Shown one piece after another: positions 23,300-34,480 of a DNA stretch of 64,000 bases. Position 1 is the stretch's first letter. Every line of letters begins with the position of its first letter. The translations under genes were made by a program, and so were the position numbers. Below the pieces are notes generated by a model. That model was not told the DNA's origin, did no database searches, and saw only the letters and a list, made by a program, of their open reading frames with translations. The DNA lies in NCBI GenBank assembly GCA_004764695.1, contig SMSO01000031.1, positions 2,394,436 to 2,458,435 of the forward strand, written 5' to 3'. The DNA comes from Schizochytrium sp. TIO01. Lineage: Eukaryota; Protista; Bigyra: Labyrinthulomycetes.

Positions 23300-25440
23300 T
23301 ACATATAAATTTTTATAGAAGTGAAAATGAAAGAACTTGCCAGAGCCAACATATTGTAAGGTGTTACGATATGTTTTGAGCTTGTCTTTCTTTATTCTGG
23401 CCACTACTTAGTAGATTGTGAGTGTCCAAGGTCAGCGTCTCCCTACAAGAGAAGTCTAAAAGTCTGCCCAATAGTTAAAAACTAAACATCAATTTTAAGT
23501 TTTAGTTTGTCCATGGAATTGATGCAAATAAGATCAAATTAGGAGGTCCGGCTTAGGTGAAGTTTAAACGCTGGTTGCTTTAGCATCCTTAAAACGTGAA
23601 CCCTCATTCTTGCGTTCTTCCAGGACAACCTTGCAGAATTACTGACGTTGCAGTCTTAGGATGTCTGAGTGAAATATGTTTAACAAGGTTCGTATCATCA
23701 TTTATTTTCACAATAGCAATCCTTGTAATCATCAATTGGCTTAGGAAGCACGAACCCAGTTAGATATCTGCAGGGAGTCTTTTCTATATTGTCATTGGTA
23801 GAGTCTTGCGATTGAATTTGAATGAGGTGTTTCCTCTCGATGATATTTCGCCTCTGCTAAATTTCGTCTTTTTTTCTTTTCTTGAAAGTTTCATGGATAC
23901 CTTCAACTGCAGAAGTATAGACAGGATAAGTACTTCCACTGTGCTAACATGCCAAACGAGAGATCGAGCCTAAAGGCTGTATTTGATTACACTTACGTTT
24001 CTCTCGTCTTATTCGAGCGTGCTCCTATAATCAGTCAAATAGATAATTCATTCATACCTTGTCCAATTGAAGTAAACTATTGTCACAAACTGGTGACACT
24101 GTGAGCGAAAACAAACAATTAGTTAGGGGAAACTCCTCAGGAAAATCTACAGGTTGTGCATATCTACTTGGCGCCACGGAATTTCCAATCATCTGACTAT
24201 GCTGGCGTAACATCTCAGGGTTTTTGTATTTAAATTGTAAACTTTAATTCCATTCACCACAACCGGCACATTCCTTGTTGAAGAAAGAATTAAGTGCTTC
24301 TAATTTTTCTCTCTTTTCATTTGCAAGTTTGACTAGTTGTTTATCCTTAGTCCTTACCTGTTGTTGTATATCTTGATGGTCTCTTTGTCTATGTTGCTTA
24401 CAGCGTTGGATCTCTGGCGCTCAGTGTAAGATCACTTGATCGCTCCTAAACATGATTTCCATGAGCTTGCTCACACGCCTTATACTCTGTATCCTGAGGC
24501 TCCTTTTGGTCATCAAAGAGTTTTACTATGTGATTATCTTCAATTGAGTGTGTTGCCTGAGCAGATGCACTGAACTATGAAATGTCTCTGATCAATTTAT
24601 CACACATTTTTCATTTCATGATGTCTTATGGGTATGTAATTTTATGTACATTTCGTTAGTCTATTCAGCACTACTGATTAAATGATCCTCATCTTCTATA
24701 AGCTGCGCCAACTATTTTAGATCATATAAATGCAATAGGAACATGATACAGAATCCAATATCTTTTGCTTCATCTTCGCCATACGTGAACGTGAGCTAGA
24801 TAAGCTAGTTCAAACTTACGTGCTTTTGACTTTTCCGAAAATGGTAAGCCCTCAAATTGAGTAGACACATTGTTTCAAATGCTCCATAGCCAGTCTCTCT
24901 TCGCGTTTACGCAACATATAGTCACATAATTTGTTATGGGCCTCACATACAAGTACTTTCAAGTAGAAGGGATATTTGTTCTGAAACTACCTGCCTGAAT
25001 CGTCCGCTACATGCTCCAAAGCTCCTTCTGCTGGATGAATACCAAATTTTCGTCCGATGCATACTCTTTGAGTAAGAGGGTAATGTCGAGATCACATCTG
25101 CAAAGCTCTGGGCATGGAAGATCCCTCCCTAATACCATTATCAATAAACGCAATTGAGGCATCGTTGTAAGATTTTAGAGTAAACTAACCAGGGATTAAC
25201 AGGCCAAAATTTCAAGTTGAGCTGCTTGCAAAAATTAAATGTCTAACTCTTGGTTGGTTTAGAACAGAACGATGTTATAGAACGTTTCATCGACCCTCCA
25301 TACTAACTCATAGTCGCAGTTGGATGAGAGCGTGGCAGTCCAGCTCAAACATATGTTCGATACCAGCTGTAAAACATTGTCAATGCCCTCTAATCAAATA
25401 CCCCTACGGTTTGCAATCATGCAGAACACACATGGTTTAT
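23300..25440 (-). pseudogene. Probable decayed protein-coding sequence, family unidentified; boundaries approximate
   Basis: SSR-free and AT-richer than the neighbouring CDSs. The minus strand gives protein-like fragments broken by stops and frameshifts, e.g. LEGIDNVLQLVSNICLSW...ELVWRVDETFYNIVLF*, QNKYPFYLKVLVCEAHNKLCDYMLRKREERLAMEHLKQC, EIQRCKQHRQRDHQDIQQQVRTKDKQLVKLANEKREKLEALNSFFNKEC. Confidence 0.4.
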
Positions 25441-25757
25441 GTATAAATTAAAATTTACTTGGAAAGGTTCACATGGTAGTGGTTAGTCTCATCCTTAGAG
25501 AGTAGCTAGATCTATTCTTTTTATTATTAAAGATGATTATAAGTAAGTACTATCTATGAGTTTCTTCAAAGAGAGAGAGGCCTATCATAACCCTACTAAT
25601 TAGTTTAAATCATACCTTTTCTCGTATTCCGTGGGGTCTATGTTAGGCCTTTGCTCCGCTCTCAAGTCTCTCCACGAAAGAAGCATCAAAACTATTACTC
25701 GCTTCTTCGACTGTCAGGCTACATCGGGCTTTGCCGCAGTCCACGAACCCACCAACC

Positions 25758-25831
25758 AGGTGCAGAACGTTGTGTGCTCCTACGAGAGGTTGAAGGTGCA
25801 GAACGTTGTGTGCTCCTACGAGAGGTTGAAG
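25758..25831. repeat. Perfect 36-bp tandem duplication
   Basis: AGGTGCAGAACGTTGTGTGCTCCTACGAGAGGTTGA starts at 25758 and again at 25794, with no spacer. Confidence 0.95.
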
Positions 25832-26023
25832 TAACGAAAGGGACGCTGGCACGTGCAGAGGCGACTCGTTCGATCTTATCACCAGCTAAGTGCGAAGGGT
25901 GAAGGGCAAGTCATCGCGTTTTGTCCGGGCCGAGACTGCTGAGGCTGAAGTTGATATCTTGTCTTTTCTAGCTCTCCTTGTTAACCCTGTCCAAAGCCCT
26001 GGCTTGAATACGACGAAATAGAA

Positions 26024-26677
26024 ATGCCGAGAAACGAAGACTGTAGCATCTGCTTGGAGAAAATAGAGAACAGATGGAGATGCCGCAAGTGCAAACAGAA
26101 GACTTGCCTTATCTGCTGTATCAAGATTGTAAAATTTGAGGATCGGGGCTCTCGTGAACGCAAAAGTATAAAATACCTGCATTCTTGTCCATTTTGTAGA
26201 AATGTTTCGAAGTGGCTACGCGAGAACTTTTATTATCACTTTTACCTATCTGGGCTTCCCTCAATTACCAACAAGGGAGTAAGGAGCTCATCTGGTGACT
26301 CTAGAACGCTGTCACGTGTCGAAGGGCAGCCATTGAAACCTAAAATTTCATTAAAAAAAAGTGGACGGCGTTTGTCCGCGGCTCTTTCCAATCCTGTTGA
26401 TGGTCCTTCTACTTTTCGCGAGTTCATGCGGAGGCGTCTTGAAGAGCAAATGCTGATGCGGAGGCGTCTTGAAGAGGAAAGGCTGCTGCGGAGGATTCTT
26501 GATGAGCAAATGCTGCGGCGGAGGCGTCTTGAAGAGCAAATATTGATGCGTTCTAGAGATGCTTTGGACCAGAGGAGTCAACGGGAAGAAAGACTTGCCC
26601 ATATGATGCAAGTTATCGAACAATTAACGACGGAGATCAATAGTCGATCTGGTCAAGACACCAACGAGCCTAGCTAA
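26024..26677 (+). CDS. Small RING-type zinc finger protein (all-Cys variant) with charged 10-aa tandem repeats; putative E3 ligase
   Basis: ATG-started 217-aa ORF. CSICLE..CRKC....CLIC...CPFCR gives RING-like ligand spacing. The C-terminal half carries (MRRRLEEQML)-type repeats. Confidence 0.75.
   Translation: MPRNEDCSICLEKIENRWRCRKCKQKTCLICCIKIVKFEDRGSRERKSIKYLHSCPFCRNVSKWLRENFYYHFYLSGLPSITNKGVRSSSGDSRTLSRVEGQPLKPKISLKKSGRRLSAALSNPVDGPSTFREFMRRRLEEQMLMRRRLEEERLLRRILDEQMLRRRRLEEQILMRSRDALDQRSQREERLAHMMQVIEQLTTEINSRSGQDTNEPS
26426..26550 (+). repeat. Coding 30-nt tandem repeat, about 4 copies, inside the RING gene
   Basis: ATGCGGAGGCGTCTTGAAGAGCAAATGCTG-like units at 26426, 26456, 26486 and 26516. 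Confidence 0.9.
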
Positions 26678-26929
26678 ACTCAATGTCATTAATTTGAACT
26701 TTTGCTAGGAATGCTCGAGAGTTTCTTGGCGTGAGCTGCATATACTCGATTTCCTCCATACAATCAAAATGCACTTAGGCAATAAACAGACCCAGAATAT
26801 AATAGAAGCTGAGTAGTTGGAATGAAATTACGCGACAACAATGATTCAGGATAACCCATACAGAATTAGAGTAAACTCGAAAACAAAGGTTCCCACAGTA
26901 TTTCCATTTCTAGGAGAAATATAAATTTA

Positions 26930-29113
26930 TTAATTGACGCTCTTCTTAGTGTGCAAGGAAGAAAGGGCGGTCGCAAAACCCTGCAAGAGACTCATAGGGT
27001 GCTGCACGTCCATAGTGAACTTGTTAACACCAACACGGCCATGCTGCAAGATAATGCGCTTGTGGTCAGGATCGCGGAGGGAATCAACAAGTTGAAAGTT
27101 CTTGACACTACTCCGAGTAACACGACCACCAAAGTTGAGTTGGTAGGCTCCCTTTGCCTTGTTAAAGGTAGGTGGTTTGTTGATCATAACAACAAGATCC
27201 TTTGTACTAATTGACTTGAGCGCCAGAAGCATGGGAGATTGCTTGACTCCCCCATCATGCTTCCAGGCTGCAAATTGGGCGTCATCGGTAATGCCTGGGA
27301 TTGCCACCTTCATCTTTCGCGGACCCTTACTGCTGACGCGGTTCTTCTCATACGTACAGGCAACAAGGTCCTTGGCCGCTCCCTGATGGCCAGCAACATT
27401 GTTGTGACAAAGAAAGGAGGTGCCACCAAAGTTAAGTTCGAGGTGCGCAATAGTGAGACCTGCGGTGTTACCCTGCAACTTGCCAGTTGTGTTCAACTTA
27501 ATGTCAAAGAAGGTATGCACGGTGTGGTGGTGTCTAAAAGCAGCAAGGATAGGCGTATTAGAGTCCTCAAGGAACAGGCGGTAGACGTTGAAGTTCACAT
27601 GCGAACCATCAATATCGCGGCGGATGTAGCATTGAACAGTACCAGCATCTGGGTGCAGAGGACGCGTTACGAATGTGTACAGCATGGAACTGTACACACT
27701 TGGCTTAAGGTTTGCCGGAGATGGTGTTCCGGTAAATTCGGGTGCGAAGCCATCACCGTAAGTAATTTTTGGCACCTTGGCCTTTGTCTTCGATTTACCC
27801 TGAATGTTAGAGCCTGTGGATGATGACCGGGTGAATTGAGGGGGCTCAGGTTCGCCGATTTCAACGCGTTCCATATTAGGATCGGGGCTGCGTTCGTGGT
27901 TGCGACGCGGTGCCGGCGTAAGAACCACAGTGCGTTCGCCCTGAAACGCATTAGGGTCAAATCCAGGCAACATCGGGGGGGCACGGAATGCATTCTGCGG
28001 GTCAGGGTAAACATCCTTGAGTGGCGTCATGGTGCTCTTGCCATTCGCCAGGCGGACGAGGAGTTCTCCACCCATGTATCCAGCCTGATACCACGCAAGC
28101 ATCTGTGGTGTAGTGAAAGGCCCAGTTTCTTCACCCTCTGCACCAACAAAAAACCAGTGAGATCCTCCTCGACGAGTAAGTCTCGGTGCCTCCACAAAAG
28201 CAGCTTCGGGTGATCTGAACAGATCCCGAAGAATTTCCTCCTCGAAACCTGCATGTTCTCCAAATCCAGTCTCCATAAGAACCCTGGAATCGTCCTTGAT
28301 ATAGGTCCGATGGAGGCGATCTTTCATCTCGCTCGAGTTGAAAGGTCCTTGTTGGTCTCCAAAGTAGTCTCTGTAAAACCAGCGACGAGATGGCGGCTGC
28401 GGCGGGTCAATGCGACCTCCGAGGAGTTCTTCACGGTACTTCCATAGGTCAATTGAGATGAGCCTCTGATCAGCCTTGAACTTGGCCTCGTTCTGAACAA
28501 CCGCTCTCTCTGCAGCTTGCGCATCAACTTGCGGGGGCTGAGGAGGCTGTTGCGGTTGTCCATAAGGATAATCTTGCGAAGAATATCCACTGTACGCCGA
28601 GGACGAATTCTGGCTTGTGTAGCTCTGCTGATGGTAACCGCCGTAGTTCGGGTTGATAGGGGGAGGAGGGGGAGGAGGGGAGGTTGAGGATGCCATATTT
28701 TGGGGAGGCTGGTAATCGTATGCGGTGGTGTGGCCGTCACCGTATGGAGCAGGAGCATGGCTTTGCATCTGGTCCTGTTGGTGGTGGGCCGAGGGATGGC
28801 CGTCGCCATAAGGAGCCGGGGCACCTCCAGACATGGAGTTAAAGGATCCATAGTTCACACCAGAGCCGATAGGAGGCGGGGGGGCGCGGCCTGCTGAAGA
28901 GGCACCAGTCGACTGCACGTCAGATTCCACGAGGAAGTCGCTCGGGACGAAACCAGATTGATCTCCGAGCTGGACAAAGATCCATCCGGGGTTGTTCGGG
29001 TCCTCAGCCTCAAGGACAGTTACGTGATGGCCTTTAAGAACGGTTAGCTCGCCTTCACCTTCAGCGTGAAAGTCGTCGTCCACGACATACATTTTGCCGA
29101 CTTCGAGCGGCAT
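26930..29113 (-). CDS. Tubby-domain protein with N-terminal SH3, Pro-rich linker and two GYF domains
   Basis: First ATG at 29113 (MPLEVGK). SH3: DFHAEGEGELTVLKG...GWIFVQ...GFVPSDFL. GYF: WFY...GPF...M and WFF...GPFTTPQMLAWYQAGYM. Tubby: VQCYIRRD, KGPRKM, NKPP..N....AYQLNFGGRVTRSSVKNFQL, ILQHGRVG..KFTMD..HPMSLLQGFATALSSL. Confidence 0.93.
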   Translation of the reverse strand: MPLEVGKMYVVDDDFHAEGEGELTVLKGHHVTVLEAEDPNNPGWIFVQLGDQSGFVPSDFLVESDVQSTGASSAGRAPPPPIGSGVNYGSFNSMSGGAPAPYGDGHPSAHHQQDQMQSHAPAPYGDGHTTAYDYQPPQNMASSTSPPPPPPPINPNYGGYHQQSYTSQNSSSAYSGYSSQDYPYGQPQQPPQPPQVDAQAAERAVVQNEAKFKADQRLISIDLWKYREELLGGRIDPPQPPSRRWFYRDYFGDQQGPFNSSEMKDRLHRTYIKDDSRVLMETGFGEHAGFEEEILRDLFRSPEAAFVEAPRLTRRGGSHWFFVGAEGEETGPFTTPQMLAWYQAGYMGGELLVRLANGKSTMTPLKDVYPDPQNAFRAPPMLPGFDPNAFQGERTVVLTPAPRRNHERSPDPNMERVEIGEPEPPQFTRSSSTGSNIQGKSKTKAKVPKITYGDGFAPEFTGTPSPANLKPSVYSSMLYTFVTRPLHPDAGTVQCYIRRDIDGSHVNFNVYRLFLEDSNTPILAAFRHHHTVHTFFDIKLNTTGKLQGNTAGLTIAHLELNFGGTSFLCHNNVAGHQGAAKDLVACTYEKNRVSSKGPRKMKVAIPGITDDAQFAAWKHDGGVKQSPMLLALKSISTKDLVVMINKPPTFNKAKGAYQLNFGGRVTRSSVKNFQLVDSLRDPDHKRIILQHGRVGVNKFTMDVQHPMSLLQGFATALSSLHTKKSVN

Positions 29114-32100
29114 CTTGAGATCAAATTGAAGTACCGAAACGAGCCGCACACAATGTCTAAAACGAACACGAAAGATTTAAAGAGACGAGAATGCGAAGCC
29201 TCGAATTTCCAGATTTTCTGCTGTCCGCGCGCTGCAAGACAGTTCTTTCAAGGCGTAAATTTACTCTTTACGACAGTTAAACGAAGCAAATATACCCTGC
29301 CAATATCACAATTAAACTCGGAAATGCGCAGAGAACAGTCCGAATACACCCAAATCAGCCAATCCAATTTGTTTTTTTCACAAACAATGTGAGTGAATCT
29401 CAGTTGACCGCGAACGTGCGACTGACCAATTGATAGATGATGCAGATAATAGATAGAAGATGTCTTTGGATCTCAGTCCAAAAAGCCGTGGTACCTGACT
29501 AAAAAAGCAAGCAAGCAAGCAAACAAACAAGGTATCTAGCTACTGAGAAAGTCCGGCTACAGACAATTTGTCGCGCTACGAGAGACTCGACTAGCGACGC
29601 TATCTGAAGCTAGGCCGGTGGCAACAAGGTTGAACAAACGAATGAATGAATAAGCGGCGAACGGAACAGGTCACAGAGCGAGACAGCGCTGAGAGAAAGA
29701 GTGGCTTGTCGCGCAAAGCGATCAGCCCACCTCTTGTCGCAGCTCCGCAGTTCTGCTACTGCCTCTGCCTACGCGCGAGCGTGAATCGATCCTCCGCTTC
29801 GCAGGGTCGTCGGCCTCGTTGTTTGGACTTTGTTTTGGCGCCTACATTATAATATATGAGAAGTAATGGCACTACCTTGGTACTACTAATGAGACTGGTA
29901 GGACTACTAGCGACTCAGGGAGTAGAGATAATAAAGAGATATACCTAATTGGAGTAAGCCAAAGCAAATTGCTTGCTGGCAAGAGTCGGTATCAAACAAA
30001 GCAAAGCTGCTTTCAAAGTGGCGATTTGGTTTCTGAATGTTGCCACTATTTCGCATGCCAATGGAAAATTAAGCATTGTTCCAAAGCAGAGAAGGAGACC
30101 AATCGTGAGAGATTCATTTTCCCCATTTCTTTGTTTTATTTGCTCATTGTGTAGTATCGAGAGGGTAGAGTATCTATTTATCAATCGACCTATGATCTGC
30201 TTATTTGTTTTCTAAAAAAGGATTAGAGAAAGAAAAAAGAAATCATTAGTTCGTTCATTCATTCATTATTCATTCATTCACGAAAGATGGAAAACAAGGA
30301 GGAAGGAAGGAATCAGGGAAAACAAAGAAACTGCGGCGACGATCAAATAAATCTTGATCCAATGCCGCGATGAATTGCCTGCCTGTCAGAGGCCGCGTCT
30401 CTGGCTTTGTCAGCAGTCCATGCACAGACCGAGGGAGCTCCGGCGCTGCAACATTTGCCAGAGCTGGGTTCGAGATCTCGCGGCATGGTCGATTTGCCCA
30501 CTGGATCTGTGAAAGCAGCCAACTATTAGGAGTTGACTAGGTATCATGTTTTCATCAAATCTGAAAGATAACATGTGGAAGATTAGAGCTCCTTCTTCTC
30601 GATCGATAAAGCTCTACATTTAGAAGATAAAAACATGGCCGAGTAGCGTATCTATCACACTGCGTTACGTGGTATACTGCACTTTACACAGTAGAGCAAC
30701 GATGAGGCAAGTAGGTTATACGAGCAGAGGCACCATCAGAATAGAAAGTTTGCTTCAGGTATACTTTTTCATCCTAATTTTAATTAATTTACTCATTTTT
30801 ATTTATTTAAAAAAAAAAAAAAAAAAAAAAAGTATCCAAAAAATCAATTAATTTGAAGGGAGGACGAAGAAGAGGCCACTATGATTGCTGCGCTCCCGAC
30901 CGCAACCGAGAGAAAAGGCCTCGCGCTCGTACTCAAGGGGTGTCACGAGGCCTCGTTTAAGCCCTCGAAGCGGCGCCTCAGCGGTTCTCCAGCGGAGGGG
31001 CGCGGCAGCAGCCTGGCGGGAACAGACCGCCGGATAGACAGATAGACAGACCGCTCCTCCTTCTGTATATCTATCGCCTAATTTCTCCATTTGCAGTATA
31101 TTATGACATCCCTACAAATCCATATTATCTTTCCTTCTCCTATGGATTTTTAATTAAAAGTCTATCATTCGTACTATATAAACAAATACCCTCACCTTAC
31201 TAAGTATTGCTATTATTAGTTTCCTCTTCTTCGTGTCCTTCTTAAAGGACCAGGCGCACACTGCGGATCCTTTTCAGCTGTGAAGCGGTCTGCCTGCCTT
31301 TCCCGAATGAGGCCTGGTCTCGCGTGCCATACGGAGCCTCGTGGCGCTACGCATGTGTCGCCGGCAATCGCTTGTGGCCGATCCGCCGTGGAGCCGCCGC
31401 CCTCCCGCCAAAGCCGCCTCCTGTCAGGGCCCGAGACAGCCTCGGCTGCGCTCTGTCATGCGGTCGCGACCTCCTCGTTCAAGCTAGCTAGCTAGCTCTG
31501 CTTTTCCCTCCTTTTCCTCCTCCTTCCGTATGATGATGTGAAGCCTATCCTCGATCCTATTTAAAACGCTAGGGGCGAGGAGCGAACGAATGAATGATTC
31601 ATCGTTCACAGCATTTCTTGTTCTTTTATTATTTATGATTTTTTTTTATTAAATTTAAATCCACTGGAATACACCGTTTCCTGTGCACCACGGCGCCTGA
31701 TGAAGATAATATCTCAGTCCTAGTGTTTTGCATAGGAGGCGCGTACCTGTGTGCCTCTCAGGGGAGGGAGGGAGGTCCATCGTTTCGCTTGGCTTCCTTC
31801 ATCGAATTCCGCCATAGGAATGAATGAATGAATGAATAGAAAGAATAAAAGCGGATGAACTGTGCTGTCGATGTGCTTGCTCGTTCATTCCAAAGGAGAC
31901 GGTGCTGCAGCGCGGGAGGAGATGAGCCAGAGCTTCGTGGCACTGGCCGATGAAACCGGAATGGAATGGAATGGGTTGTTTATTTGTTTGTTTCTTGTGC
32001 GTTACTCCCGGCCTTTACTTTTTCGCACCTCCTCCTTCTTCGAGTTCATATGCGCTGTCTGATCTATCTATCTATCTTTCTAAAGAGTCCTTTCCTTTCC

Positions 32101-32631
32101 TCTGTCATTTGTTTTCAATATTGCGAATCAATCAATCATTCCCCCAGAAAGACAGGAAAAAGAAAGACCACGCAAAAATGAAGTTTTCGCCTGATTTGAC
32201 TTCGCAGACTCGGTTTGACTCCCATACTGCGTGATGACCATTGCGGTTAGCAGCATCCCCACAGCGCCACGTGCTCATCTGCCGCAGCTGTGAATTAGCT
32301 TCGAAGCAAATCGCGGAGATGACCTCAAGAGACGCTGTGACTTTTCGCCACGAATAGGCCAAGCAGTAAAGCTTAGCAACACCCGGTAGCACCTCCACCT
32401 ACTAGTAAAGGGATAGAGAGGTACTAAGAGGTCGTCCTTCTAACCAATACTGCTAGCAGCGCATTACTAGATAGCGTTAACTATGGCCATAGTGCTTCCT
32501 GTAGAAAAGAAAAGAAAAGAAAAGAAAAAAGTGAGGCGAACACAATTGCAGCATTGGTAACAACAACAACAACGTTGGGCTCTGATTTTTCAATTTGGAT
32601 CATCTGGTTCAACAAAGTTGATCCATTTGTT

Positions 32632-32929
32632 TGATTTTGGCTTTGCTTTGCTTTGCGTTACGTTGCTTTGCGTTACGTTGCGTTGCGTTTCTTTGCATTG
32701 CATTGCATTCAATTGCGTTGCTTTGCGTTGCTCTGATCTGCTCTGCTCTGCTCTGCTCTGCTGTGCGAGTGCCAATTGCCTTGATTTGAAGGCTCCTCGC
32801 AGGGTCGCTATTTGGGTGTTTGCAGAATCGTTTGTGTGTTTTCTGAGGGCTTCGGCGTTTGTTTGTTTGTTTGTTTGTTTGTTTGTTTGTTTGTTTGTTT
32901 GTTTGTTTGTTTGTTTGTTTATTTGTTTG
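32632..32929. repeat. Degenerate pentamer tract (TTGCT/TTGCG/TTGCA/CTGCT) and (TTTG)n
   Basis: Directly visible. Confidence 0.9.
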
Positions 32930-34394
32930 GTCGTTGTGTGCAGGGCGGCGTGGGCATGCACGCTTATCGCTGGACCTCGAGATGCAGGGGTGAGTGAATT
33001 CGCTGTTGGCAGAGGTCCTCGCAGCCGCCAGTCGTTCGCTCGCTCATTCGCCTTCGAGCAGGCACCCGTCGCCGCCGCAATTCATCCGTGGCGGTGGCGT
33101 ACGCCGCTCACAGGAATGAATGCCCGGCCTAAGCAAGCAAGCAAGCAAACAAACAAACATACAAACAAAGAAACAAACCGCTCAGCACGTTTCCATGGGC
33201 CCGGTCTGCGGACACCGCCGTGGCTTCTGTCCAGACGAGCACGCCAGCAAGCAAGCAGCTGGCACCCGCAGAACAGCGTACACGCACGCGCTGTGTGTTT
33301 GCGACGCAAGATGGAGCGAGATTGAGGCCGAGGCGAATGAATGAATGCCAAAAACGAGGTGCCACGCTGCGGAGCCCGTGCTTTCTTACGGCGAGCAAAT
33401 TCGAATGGACCTGCAGAACTGCTTCAAGCTTGGATGGCGAGGACTGCTGCCGTGGCCTGAGTGGGGTCCAGGACGATGATGCTGGTGCACTGACTGAGAG
33501 AGGCACGGGCTGACGGACTGAGCTTGGATCAGCTCCCGCGATTGTTTCCTCGTGTGACGGCGAGGCTCGCTTGTATCGAACGCAGCAGTGACTTGTGGGA
33601 CTCGAGGCGGCCACAGCAGCTCCACAGAGCGTAGGCTCTCTCTCGCACGGCTATTCTTTCACGCTGCAATTGGTTGAAATGAACGTCGTCGGCTGAGCAG
33701 GCGACATCATCAAATGTGCGGAGTCCTTCTGCACGAAATGAATGAGTGGTTGGTTGGTTACAGAGGACATGCATCCAAGCTGTTTCCTGAGTCACAGGAT
33801 GGACTATAATCGCTGTCGCTGTCTTCTCTTCTCCTGAAACCGATCTTCACAAGGGACAATAGTAGGTACTAGGCTCTTAGTAGCACGTTCATACCTACTA
33901 CTGGCAGGTAATTACTACTACTCTAGAGATGCATGTGATCATTTCGATCATTTATTGCTTTTCTCTTTTCGCCCCCTTTTTTATACTTTTAAAATTAAAT
34001 TTCATTAAAATAAAAAGTTTATAGTAATAGGGAAAAGAGGGACGCGACAGCAAAGGAAATACAGGACCTGGTGCTCTTCCTTTCCGTTTGCTGGTATGCT
34101 TTCGCTGTTGGTGCACGTGACCATCGATCCATATGTACGCACTGGTCATTCGCAGACTCATCCAATCGTAGCACTTATGAGACTACGTTTTGCTGTGAGT
34201 CTTCGCCCTCTCTGTTTTAACTTGCCTACTTTTTCGAGCCTAAATCAGTGTTCTAATCTCGAAAGATGATGGCGAAGAACGGGCATAATAGAACGTCAAC
34301 TACTAAGAGTGATGGGACAGATGAGAGAGGAGGTAGTAGTAGTAGTGGGCACTTAGCAATTAATGTAGTACATAGGCTCCTGTCTTTGATCGAA

Positions 34395-34480
34395 AGATAG
34401 AGATATAGAGATATAGAGATATAGAGATATAGAGATATAGATAGATAATTCTAAAGAGAAAGAAAGAAAGAAAGAAAGAA
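34395..34480. repeat. AGAGATAT-type array plus (AAAG)n
   Basis: Directly visible. Confidence 0.85.

Noticed and set aside
25758-25831. 36-bp direct repeat of CRISPR-like length
   Set aside because: Only two abutting copies, no spacers, no cas genes, and a eukaryotic context; it is a simple tandem duplication.
32618-33614. 235-aa and 161-aa ORFs
   Set aside because: Translations are dominated by SSR-derived CLFV and LCSA runs, with non-ATG starts.
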